From contig JBHGNT010000002.1 in NCBI GenBank assembly GCA_043228905.1, forward strand, positions 4,836,001-4,900,000: 64,000 nt of DNA, in the 5' to 3' direction. This DNA comes from Azolla caroliniana. Taxonomy: Eukaryota; Plantae; Polypodiophyta. The notes beneath the pieces are model-generated. The model ran no database searches. It was not told where the DNA came from and saw only the letters and a program-made list of their open reading frames with translations. The translations under genes and the position numbers were made by a program. How positions within the stretch are numbered: position 1 is the stretch's first letter; each line of letters opens with the position of its first letter. Below, piece by piece: positions 37,055-49,044 of the stretch.

Positions 37055-39719
37055 CACGACATCCGCCCCCACCTAACCGCGCATCCACCGGTATGTGCCA
37101 AATAGACTCTTGTCGGAGAAGACCAGCCCGCGCTTACCCTTCGTCCTCAGGATCGCCATTCGCTCCAACCGGTTGTCCTCACTATCCAAGTCGTTCGGGT
37201 CCGGTTCATCCTCGTGATGCTTTTTGAACGCTTTGATCCTTTTCCCGGCCACCGGTACTGCCATCCTCGTCCCATCAAGCTCCGTGAGATGGTAGGTTCC
37301 ATTGTCGTTGGCGCTTGTCACCACGTAAGGCCCGAACCACCTCCTTGCGAACTTCCGCATCGCCTTGTGTTGGTTGTCGAGGTTGTTGTCATATACCAGA
37401 ACCAAGTCGCCTTCCTCGATTTTCTTTGGCCTTAGTCGGTGAGTCCGATCGAATCGTCCCTTGTTCTTTACCCTCGCAACCGGCAACTTTTCCAATCCAA
37501 GTCGTCCGGGTCCGGTTCATCCTCGTGCCGCTTTTTGAACGCTTTGATCCTTTTCCCGGCCACCGGTACTGCCATCCTCGTCCCGTCAAGTCCGCGAGAT
37601 GGTAGGTCTCGTTGTCGTTGGCACTTGTCACCACGTAAGGCCCGAACCACCTCCTTGCGAACTTCTGCATCGCCTTGTGCTGGTTGTCGAGGCTGTTGTC
37701 ATATACCAGAACCTAGTCGCCTTCCTCGATTTTCTTCGGCCTTAGTCGGTGAGTCCGATCAAATCGTCCCTTGTTCTTTACCCTCGCGGCCCGCAACTTT
37801 TCCGTGGCTCGTTCCACATCCTCCGGTCTTCGCTCGAGCTGTCGGATCCGCGCCGCTAACAGCTCCTCCCGGCTCATCTCGTCTCTCCAGTCCACTGTGG
37901 CCCATGAGGAGATCGTTCCCTCCATTGGCATGACTGGCTTCTGCCCGTACATCAACTCCACCGGCATGAACCCTGTTACCGAACTATACGTAGTTCGGTC
38001 GGCCCACAACGCATAGGGTAAGAGTCGTGGCCAGTTTCCGACTTGGCCTCCACATGCCCGCACTAACGCTTTGACGATCGGCCCGTGTCCGCGTTCCACC
38101 TTCCCGTTCGCCTCCGGATTGTACGTCGTGGTGAGCGAGAGTTTAACCCCTAGCTGGTCAATAGCTCTTCAGCCTCTTGTGCGTCCAGTTCCCCGCGGTC
38201 GGCTACGATCTTTCCTACGCACCCGTACCGGCATACCACTTCTTTGATAAAAAATCGGCAGACGGCCACGGTCGTTTTGTTCGGCAACGCTCGGCCTTCC
38301 ACCTGGTTCGTCAGGTCCTCTCAAGCCAACACCAAATATCGCATTTGCCCTACCCCCATCGGCATCGTCACCAGATCCACCATCCACTTGAAGTGGACGG
38401 TCGAAGGGTAGGTCGGGTGGAGCTCGTCCCGATGTCGAACTATGGAGTGCATCTGACAACTTTCACAAGCCGTCACGAACCGATGCACGTCCCGGTATAG
38501 TCCCGGCCACTAGTACTTCCCCTTCAGCTTCCCGAATGTGGCCCACGTCCCGCGGTGTTTAGCCTAGGAACTCTCGTGGTACGCCGTCAGCAGTCCCACC
38601 TATTTCTCTTCCTTCGCCACAACCTGGAGCGGGATGTCGTTTCTCTTCTTCCGGTGCTTCCATATGCACCCATCCCGTAGGAAGAATCAGTACGCTTTCT
38701 TTCGAATCCGGTTGGTCTCTTCCTTCGTCCATGCCACGTCCAGTGTCATTGTCTTCAGGAACCCGCCGATCTGGAGCCACTACCCGTCGTACTTGCTCTC
38801 GTCGAACTTGTTAAGCGCCGGAGTGCTCCCCTTCCTTGTTGCTACGTAAGCCGTCTCGAAGAAGTCCACGCCAACTTCTTCGTCCTCCGAAACCATGTCG
38901 TCCTCATCATTGAATCTCACCCTCGAAAGCATGTCGGCCATGGCGTTGTCCTTTCCGGAAATGTGTCGTATTTCCGGATTCAGGGACTTAATGTACGCTA
39001 TCCACCTGAGCATTGCCATGTCCGGCATCGCGCATCCGGAAACCATACCGAGAATCCCTTAGCACGTTGTTCATTGCATTCACCATGTGGGCTACCGAGT
39101 TCGTCCCTCCTTGCGGAAGGGTACACATCCGTACTAGGCCGAGAGGAGTCTGCATCGTCGTAATGTCCCTGCTCTCCATGGCTAGCTAGAATTGATCGTA
39201 TCCCGAGTACAGATCGTCGACCGAGTAAATTGACCTTCCGGCGAAGGCCTTCACGAACTCGTCTATGGTCAGTCCGATTCCTACTTTCCGAATGGTCACC
39301 TTGTCGACCGGTTGCAGGTCCTGAATGAAGTGCAGCGTGCCGTTCTTCTTGGGCACGGTAAACCACCGATTAGAATACGAGGCACTTGACGGTTCGAGGA
39401 TGCCCATATCCATCTTCTGTTTCAGCAGTTCCATCAGCTTTGGGATGTGAGTTCTTGGTACTGGAATCGGTTTGAGATTCCACAGTACATGCGGTTCCGT
39501 GAAGATCACCATTGGTTCCATAATCGTCGGGTCTACACACCCGATCTCCTCCGGCGAGAATGTGAAGGCCTTCCCGTGCCTCCCGAGCATTCTCCAAAAC
39601 CGGTCCTCCTCCGCCAGCAGTAGAAAGCCACCCCCACCGATCTTGAGCTCTCGTAGCATTATGTCGGTGAATCAGTGTCCTATGCCAGCTGGATCTCGTA
39701 AGCTTGGGTCTGACCCGAC

Positions 39720-42700
39720 AGTTGGGGACAAGGCCGTCAATGTGGAAGTGCCAGCAACATCCGTGATGAAGGAATCTGTGTATGCATGAGCAAGATAGAC
39801 ACAGAGAGAGAGAGAGAGAGAGAGAGAGGCACAAAGGAAACGTTATATTCCAATAGCAACCGTTACAAATGTCAACCAACCTTCACTAAAGGTTACAAAG
39901 TCACTTTATATAGTGACTATCCTAGGGCAACTGCCCTTTATGCTATTTACAGAAATAGCCCGAACTTGGGTTGTCCAAAGGAACAGTGTGAATACGGCCA
40001 TTATACACTCGTATTCGATGCTCCCCCGTAATGGGCGTATACATGGGTTATCTTAATGAATTACAGGTATATATACAAGATTTATCGGACAGATTGGTTT
40101 TGTCAAAGTTGGTAAGATCCGAAGACAGAAGACCAAATCGGTCGGGTCGGAAGAGCTAAAGCCAATCCTCAAAGAACCGATGTCGGTGGTCCGAAACCAT
40201 CCTTTTATTTAACCAAACCGATTTTTCGTTACGCCCATTTGGTGCCGAAGGGACCGGAAACGATCCATCGAAAGACAATTGGTCATTCCATCTGCGACAT
40301 TATCGGTTGTGGATATCTTCTCAAGACCGATTTTCCCTGAAATGACACAGTCCCGAACGAAGTGATATCGAATGTCAATATGCTTAGAGGCGTTGTGGTG
40401 AACCGAATTTTTTTGACAAAGCAACAACACCCTGACTGTTGTTGTAGACAACTGGAGCCGAGTCGGAGTTGACCTGTCGAAACGTGTGCGCCAGCCGACC
40501 GAGTCATAAAGCTTCTTTTGCCGCGTCGAACACAGCTACATATTCTGCTTCGATTGTTGAGGTGGTTGTGCACTCCTGAAGTTTTGACTTCCACGAGATT
40601 GCTCCATTGCCGAATTTGAAACAGTATCTGGTTGTTGATTTCCAACTGTCCACATAGCCGGTGAAGTCCGAGTCGGTGTAACCGACTACGCCTGAGGTTG
40701 AGTTCGGGCCGAAAAGAATGTCGTGGTCTTTTGTGCCAGCTAGATATCTGAACACATGCTTGACTGCGTTCCAGTGTGATCGGCCGGGGTTGTGCATGAA
40801 TCTGCTGACGACTCCTACGGCGTGAGAAATATCAGGCCGTGTCGCAACCATCGCGTACATGAGGGAGCCGACTGCCGGTGCATACGGTACTGACTTCATA
40901 TCTTCCCCCTCCGAACCAGATGTCAGACAGTCTCGCAGAGACAACCGAAGGTTAATGGGGAGCGGGGTCGAACCAGACTTGGTTGATTGCATGTTGAAGC
41001 ATTCTAAGACACATCCGATGTAGTTGGTTTGAGACAAGAAAAGTTGTTGTGTATCGCGATACCGACTAATCTTCATACCAAGTATGTGTCTTGCCGGACC
41101 GAGGTCCTTCATGGCAAACTTCAACCGCAGTTGCCGAACGAGTTCGGTGAGCTCTCCGGCATGCCGATCGGAGAGTAGCATGTCGTCCACGTAGATGATG
41201 AGGAAGACGGGAGACCCTTCTTGAGCTGTTTTGGTGAAGAGACATTGGTCCTCATCGCTCTTTGAGAAGCCGACCGATTGGATGAAGTCGTCGAACTTCT
41301 TGTACCACTGTCGGGGTGCCGGTTTCAAGCCGTAGAGACTCTTCTTGAGTCGATAGACTAGATGTTCCTGGCCGGATGCCACAAAGCCTTTCGGCTGCTC
41401 CATATAGATTTCCTCCTATAGGTCACCGTGGAGGAATGTTGTTTCTACATCTAGCTGAATCAGCTCCAAGTTGTCGGCGGCCACGACGCCGAGCATGAAA
41501 CGAAGGGTCGTCATTTTCACCATTGGTGAAAAGATTTCCTCGAAGTCGACGCCATATTCTTGTCGAAATCCCTTCGCAACTAATCTGGCCTTATACTTTG
41601 GGGTGGTCGAGTCGGACGTCTCTTTTAGTCGATAGACCCACTTACACGGAAGAGCACGTCGATTCTTTGGTAATTCGACCAAGTCCCAAGTCTTGTTTGC
41701 CCGAATGGAGTGCATTTCCGACTCCATCGCCAGATGCCATGTGGCTGAATTGGCAGATGTCGTTGCTTCTTCGTAAGACGTCGGTTCGCCGACGTCGGTA
41801 AAGAAAATTTCGGGAGAGTACCTCTCCGGAGGTTGCGACAGTCTCTCGGATCTGCGAGGTATGAGTAGACTAGTCGCACCGGGTGTCAATGTCGGATGGT
41901 CGGGAACCGAGCCATTCGGCTGTGCCGAATCGGTGGATTCGGTGCGAGAGTTGTCGGTTACCCGACCCGTGAAACCGATCTCGTGTTGTGGGTTGGGCTG
42001 TCATGAAGGGTTGGCACTTCGGAAAATATTACCCTTCGGACTTCAATAGGCCTTTCGGCCATTTTATGCATAGCCGACTCGTTGAACACGACGTCCAAAC
42101 TTCGGACGATTTGTCAGTGCTCGGGGTCCCAAAGTCGGTATCCGATCTCGCCATCGGGTCCATATCCAAGAAAAACACATTTCCTTGACCTTGGTTCAAG
42201 TTTCCGACGGTCGTCTTTCGATATGAGAGCATACGCCTCGCAACCGAAGATCCTCAGTTTGTCATAATTCGGCTTACTGTCGGTCCATATTTCCAGAGGT
42301 ATTTGAAGTCCTAGAGGTCTACTTGGGGACATATTTATTATGTGTACTGTCGTAAGTAGAGCCTCCGCCCAGAAGCCATCCGATAGTCCGGAGTGTTGGA
42401 GCATGGATACTACGCATTCTTGAATAGTCCAATTCATGTGTTCAGCAATTCCGTTCTGCTCCGGACTATAGGGTGTCGTATATTCATGTCGAATGTCGTG
42501 TTCCCGACAGAATTTGACGAATTCTTTAGACTTGAATTCTCCTCCATTGTCGGTTCAAAGACATTTCAGTTTCAGACTGGTCTGATTTTCGACCATTGCA
42601 AGCCATTTGGAGAAGATCGAGAACACCTAATCTTTGGTTCTGATGGGGTAAGCCCACACCTTCCAAGTCGAGTCGTCAATAAAACTGACAAAGTACGAAG

Positions 42701-45107
42701 CACCGCCGAGAGACTGATGTGGCATTGGGCCACAAACGTCCGAGTGGACCAAATCAAGGGGACTCGATTCTCTTGGTGCTGATGTCAGGTGTGATGTGGC
42801 TACCTGTTTGCCGTATTGGCAATGCTCGCAGAATTGGTGATCCGAGAAAGAGAGTTTGGGGACGTAACCGGCTCTAGATAGGTGCATTATGCCGGCCTTG
42901 CTGAGGTGTCCAAGTCGTCCGTGCCATAACGATGACATGGGGATATCAACAAAAAATAAGTCACCCTTTCTGAGTGTGACATATAAAGGATACAAGGAAT
43001 GTACCTTTGGTCCTCAAGCAAGCAGGAGGTTCCCTTTGTGGAGTGTCCACCCTCCTTATGAGAATCCAGCACGGATGCCGGCTTCGTCAAGTTGTCCGAC
43101 TGAGATCAAGGGTCTTGAAAGCTCAGGAACGTGTCAGACGTTATGTAGTAGGAGTGTAGAGCCTCCCAGAAGATTGAGCTCTACGGTGCCGATTCCGATT
43201 ATAGCACAATGTTGCGAGTTTCCGACTCAAACTGAGTCGGAGTGCCGGTCCGAGTATTGCTGAAACTGAGATTGGTGAGGTGTCACATGATACAATGCGC
43301 CCGAGTCTAGGAGCCATGTGCTCAATTCCTCAATCGTAAGCAGAACTTCTGATTCGACTGGGTTCTCTATGGACAGTATGTTCGGGTCGATCGTCAAAAT
43401 TTCGGCTGAAGAGCCGACGTAGTTGACCTCCTCATGCCAGCTACTCTTCTGATCCGCTCTCTGAGCTTTGTCGGTTTTTGCTTTGAGTGCTCGGTAGTCG
43501 GCTTTGATGTGTCCCGGTTTCTTGCAGTAGTTGCAGATTCGATTGTCTCGGGACTTGCTCCGGCTTCGTTGATTGTTCGGCGGTCGGGAAGAACTTCTTC
43601 CCCGGTTGTTCGATCGGTCGGTCGAACCTTGTACTACGTAAGCTTCATCTGCCGAGTCTTTGGCGAAAGACTTTCTCCGAGTTGCTTCAGTCAGGATTGC
43701 GCTCGTGACTTCAGAGTACTTAACTGCAGCTGTTGAAGCATTGCACACGGTTGTAACGAAAGTTTCCCATGAAGAGGGGAGACTACTCATGAGTATCATT
43801 GCTCTAAGTTCATCCTCGATTGTTGTCCCCTGAGATGAGATTTGGGAGCTTATGCTTTCGTACTCGTTAAGGTGTGCCCGAACCGAATTTGATTCTTTCA
43901 TCCGCAAGTTGTAGAGACACCTGATTAGATACATCTTCGTTGCAGCAACCTTCTTTTCATAAGTTTCTGACAGTTTTCCAAAGTTCAAACGTTGTCGTGC
44001 ATGATTGCATTGTGAAGTACACTGACTCTGACAAGTGCATCCGAATCGTGGCACGGACGATTCTGTCCAGCTTTAGCCAGTCGTTTGCCTTGTATGCCTC
44101 TGGAGGATTTTCATTCTCAATCGAGTCTATCTAACCCTTGACTATGAGATAGTCCTGCATTTGTTCCTTCTAGAAGTTGAAGTTCGAACCATCAAACCTC
44201 CTTAGACTCATCTCCGATGAGCCGGATGTTGATGCCATCTGCTTCGGTTTCGGTTGGTAAGACTCGGTTTAGAGTTGACTACGACCCTTAGTGGGGTGCA
44301 GCCGGTCGGCTCACCTGATATCGTTCTAGTCGGTTTTGAACCCGAGTCGGTTTGGTTTCAAATACTTGTTGCTGAACTTGCTCGGAGTGACTTCGGTAAC
44401 TTGAGGGACAGAACCGGCCGGTCTTCCCGAATGTTGTCGAGTCGGAGTGAGCCCGGTTAGCTTCCGATTGTATGCCGAATACCGATTACATGAAACCGAT
44501 TGTTTGGGCCGATTCTGCTTCGGATGACTACAACGATGAGAGGGACGGATCCAACTGATCCTCCCAAATGTCGATCAGCCGAGTGAAGCATGAAGTGGTT
44601 GGTTGTTGCTCAAGGAGCTCCCCTCAAGCGGTTACAATCACAGGAATAGAGTACAACCGACTGGCTTACTCCAATTTGTGATTTAACACAGTGAGATGCG
44701 AGCTTTTTGTTTTTCTTCTCCCTTCTCTGTTCTTCAAAGAAAACGAAAACAGAATGTTGTGGTGTGATGACGGCCAACAGCGGGTTGAAGAACCTTCAAC
44801 GCTCTGATACCAAATGTTGGGGACAAGGTCGTCAATGCGGAAGTGCCAACAACATTCATGATGAAGGAATCTGTGTATGCATGAGCAAGATAGACAGAGA
44901 GAGAGAGAGAGAGAGGCACAAAGGAAACGTTATATTCCAATAGCAACCATTACAAATGTCAACCAACCTTCACTAAAGGTTACAAAGTCACTTTATATAG
45001 TGACTATCCTACGGCAACTGCCCTTTATGCTATTTACAGAAATAGCCCGAACTTGGGTTGTCCAAAGGGACAATGTGGATACGGCCATTATACACTCGTA
45101 TTCGACA
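39720..45107 (-). mobile_element. Full-length nested Ty1/copia with both LTRs (39720-40020, 44815-45107)
   Basis: PBS TGGTATCAGAGC (tRNA-iMet) at 44801-44812; PPT GGGGGAG at 40021; TSD CCGAC/ACGAC. CNYCKKPGH, WLLDSGA, HSDVCGP, IYVDDML and YTDSDF motifs. The host gypsy frame resumes across the insertion (RMKGV|GSDPSLRDP). Confidence 0.95.
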
Positions 45108-46378
45108 ACGACCCCCTTCATCCGTAACTCACTGCCCTTCGGCAAGGGTGCTGCGACTGGCCTCACCTTCCGGTCCACAGTCTTGTACTTCATATCCACT
45201 CAGGCCGTCCGATCCGACTCGAGTCCTCTACCGAAGTCGGCGATGACTTCGTACATATTTTCCGAACATACTAGAATTGTTTGGTCTTCACTAAGGCCCT
45301 CTTCGAATATCTTCCGTAACTTCCCCAAGGTGTCGTCAAGAGAGACCGCCTCCACGACTCCGTTGATTTCCTCTTCAGGGGCAAGGACTCTGCATGCCCT
45401 GAGGCGCTCTTCTACCCGCTTCCTCTCCCGGCCAACGACGTCGGCTATTGTACAACCTCCGCTGTCGGAGAACCAAAACTTCCTACCTATGTTACAGGTT
45501 CTTCTGCCTACTGTACATGTGTGGGGTTTTTCCGAAGTGTCCGGACTATTGTGTCCCCACGCCTTGATAGCCCTCTCTAAAAATCCCCTCAGCTTTCATC
45601 GTCGAGGGTCTCGCGGTTACGCTTGTGGTTCGGTCGTACCATCAGTAACTGAATGGAGTGACGCCCATCCTGGCTTTTGACTCGGGCATACGCCGAACCG
45701 TTGTCCATCACCTTCGTCTCCATGCGCGCCGTCGTGATGTACGGTTCTCCGAGTATCACTAGATGCGAGGACGTCTCTTGCACGAAGAAGTGTTGATCGA
45801 TCTTGACATCGCCGATTTTCACTTGTACATTCGGGCAGGCTCCGTGTAGCTCCTCCGTGGCGCGCGTTGCTGCCCGTATCTTCCACCCGTGCTTGGTGTT
45901 GATCAACCACTTTCCCTTCTTGTAGAAGTCCATGAACATCAAGTTGATCTCCGAACCGTGGTCTACCAACGCCACCACCGGCTCTTGGACGTCCCCGATC
46001 CGAACAGGGGTCTCTGTAGTGGCCCTAGCCCAATGTAGCCTCAAGTAGTGGCTTTCCGCTAACTCGTCCTCTAGGGCCATGCCTTCTAGGTGCATCGTTC
46101 GCACCTCCACCGGCCTTTCCGGCTGCGGCTCCATCGAAAGCCTTTTCCTCTTCACCAAGTCTATGATGGAGTCGTGGAACTCCTTCTTGGCGATACCAAG
46201 CACTTCCCTCAGCGACAACTCCACTTTGTTGTCGAGGATCCGTTCCTCCAGGACCTTTCGCAGGTCCGTGGTCCTTTCGATCTCTGTGCTCAACCGGTAA
46301 CCAACCTTCTTGGCCTTGTCCGGTGTGCCAGATGCACCAACATCATTTTGCTTCGGCCCGAACCGGGTCTCATACCAT

Positions 46379-47267
46379 TGTCGTGCCTTTCGGCGCCAGA
46401 TCGTTTGCGTGAGTCGGGTGGGAACCACTGGGGTTTTGGACTAGGAGGAGGAATAATTTGAGACAAGTTTATAGTTATGGATAGATTATTAGAAAGATGG
46501 TAAGTTATGAACCTCGTGAATCCCACGAGTTTAGTATATTTAATCAATATTTAGATAGTAAGAGACAATTTTGATCACAAATTCGTGAATCCCACGAATA
46601 TATTATATTAATTGGTGGTGTTTTAGGAAATATATCCAATTTCCCAAATATTTTTCACCCCCCTATTACATTGTGCTCCTCATCCTTATATAGTGATGAG
46701 AGAGTCTTCACAATCCCTGCTTTTTCTCTAACTATAGACTATATGCTTTATCTAACATGCTTTTTCTAACTTTAGTTTTCATGCACACTACATGTGCATG
46801 ATTAGCTTTCTATCCCATCTTTTCTTTTAACTCGAGCGTGTATGCATGAGTAACTTTTTGTACCATGCATATCTAGAACATTTACATGGAATAAAGTTTA
46901 GTATAACTTTAAAAGTCATAATATGCTAGTATAGTGATAAGGTTGGGGTTTGTCTATGTGGAGGTACAGGGTTCAAACCTTGCCCTATGCATGTAATATA
47001 TATTTGTATACTTTCTTCTATTTACAAATATGTCTCTTCATCTGGTGAGAGGCTCTCGCCGGTTTTCTTTATCCGGTTCTTACCGGTCCTCTTCGTCTGT
47101 TTCTCACCGACTCTCACCGACCTTCTTCATCTGGCTCTTTGCCGGGTCTCCTTACCGGTTTCGGTCCTTACCAGTTCCTCCTTCCGGTTCTCACCAGGTA
47201 CTCCATGTCCTATCCGGAGAGACCAAAAATGTAAATTTTCACGTAGTGTGCGAATTACACTACGACA
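46379..47267 (-). mobile_element. Solo LTR of a related gypsy family inserted in the gypsy gag-protease linker; 4-bp TSD CCAT
   Basis: TGTCGTG...CTACGACA; end region homologous to the 48898 LTR. Removing the LTR and one TSD restores GPSQWYETR. Confidence 0.8.
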
Positions 47268-49004
47268 CCATTGTGAGGGTCCAGCCCCCCAGTCTTTCCC
47301 GCGCGCTTGTCTTCCACCAGAACCTCATAGTTCTGGCATGCGGCTTCCACGAAGCCCGTCTTCTCTTAGACCGTTTCTCACCGACTCTCACCGACTCTTA
47401 CCGGTCCTCTTCGTCCATTTCTCACCGACTCTCACCGGCCTTCTTCATCCTGCTCTTTGTCGGGTCTCCTTACCGGTTCTCATCGGCTACTCCATGTCCT
47501 ATCCGGAGAGACAAAAAATGTAATTTTTCACGTAGTGTGCGAATTACACTACGACACCGTTGTGAGGGTCCAACCCCCCCAGTCTTTCCCGCGCGCTTGT
47601 CTTCCACCAGAACCTCGTAGTTCTGGCACGCGTTTTCCATGAAGCCTGTCTTCTCTTCGACTGGGTCACTCCACCCGGTTACCTCCCGTACCCGTCTTTC
47701 CGCGCGGTCTGCTTCCTCTTTCCTTAGCCGTACGCCGGCTAGGCCTTCCAGCATCAACAGCCAGAACCCGGAGTCCTTCGTTTTCCGGACTTCATCACTC
47801 CCGACCCGGATTCTCGTCGACGCTGAGTAGTGGATGGTCTCTGCGTGGCAAGCCGCTGCTTCCTCCATCGGCCGTTTCATCTCCCCTCGTCTGACGTTCA
47901 AATCCAGGGCCCTTCGGGTTTCGCTAGCATGTACCCGCCCGTTCCACAAGTACACCACGTTGGCCCTTATCGCTTCGGCGAAGTCCCCGCAGTCCTTTCG
48001 GGCGTGGCCGACCGCGTCGCACCACAAGCACCGATGCCCAACCGGAGGCCTTCGGTCACGGGCTTGTTCGCCACCGTCCCTCCGTGCCTGTGCAATCTAG
48101 AGATCCCTCACCATCAGAGTCAGCTCCTCCAGACACGCCTTTGACCATGCTAGTCGAAGTCGAGCCGGTCTCGAGCTAGTCTCGAGTCTCCTCCCTTCGC
48201 GTCGGTGGGGGTACCTCGAGCTTCCTTGCCACAACAGAGCCCGCCCCCGACGAACCTTTATCGACCCACTCACACCGTTTGTCGAAACGGCTACAGACTC
48301 TCCCATTAGCCCGTCATCGGTCTCCAGCAGGAGGCCCACTTGCTCCCGGTCCCTCACGTCCACCAATTTAACAAATAATAGGACACGACTTGTGTCCAGT
48401 ACGGTCCAATCTAGCGCCGAAAGGCACGCAAAGCATTCTTCAAACTCCCAGAGGAGCACTAACGCGTTTCTCCCCTTTTCAGGGGTCTCCACCCATTCCA
48501 TGAAGTTCTGCTTCGATAGCCAAAGCGAGTCATCAAGCCTGTATTTCTCAAGAAGCCGACCTTCAAACTCTTCCCAGGTCCGGCTCTCAGCCTGTACCTC
48601 AAGCACCTCCGCGTGGATGCCCGACATCGCCACCCGAGGGAATCCGGCCAATCGCCTGTCTTCCGGAATGTCCCTTATCACCATTTCGACTCGGTAGGCC
48701 TCCAAGTAGCTCGTGGCGTCCTTTCCACTAAACCGGCCTATCGTGCCGATGATTGCTTCAATAGCCCTATCGAGGGCGCCTGTGCCTTCACGCACACTCA
48801 CTAATTGATCTACAGCTGAAGCCATGGCTTCTGCAAGCTCCGTTCCCCTCATCTTTTCTATTCCTCCACCGCTTGTTCACATCGGGTTCACTAAATATGT
48901 CGCATTGTTACGCACGTGCGTATAGAACGAGGCGGGACCACGGGGGACTTGGACTGAGGAATAACTGATGAAGAGTAGGAGCAAGAAAGACAACAGTCAT
49001 GCTT

Positions 49005-49044
<40 letters not shown>

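Noticed and set aside
46922-46990. Functional tRNA gene
   Set aside because: Acceptor and anticodon stems do not pair well; only the A/B boxes are recognisable. Weaker B-box-like hits near 21645 and 57065 were not called.
48898-48910. Non-canonical or self-priming PBS, assuming the LTR ends at TGTTAC 48906
   Set aside because: Alignment with the 17509 LTR puts the end at 48898, which exposes a normal tRNA-Trp PBS.
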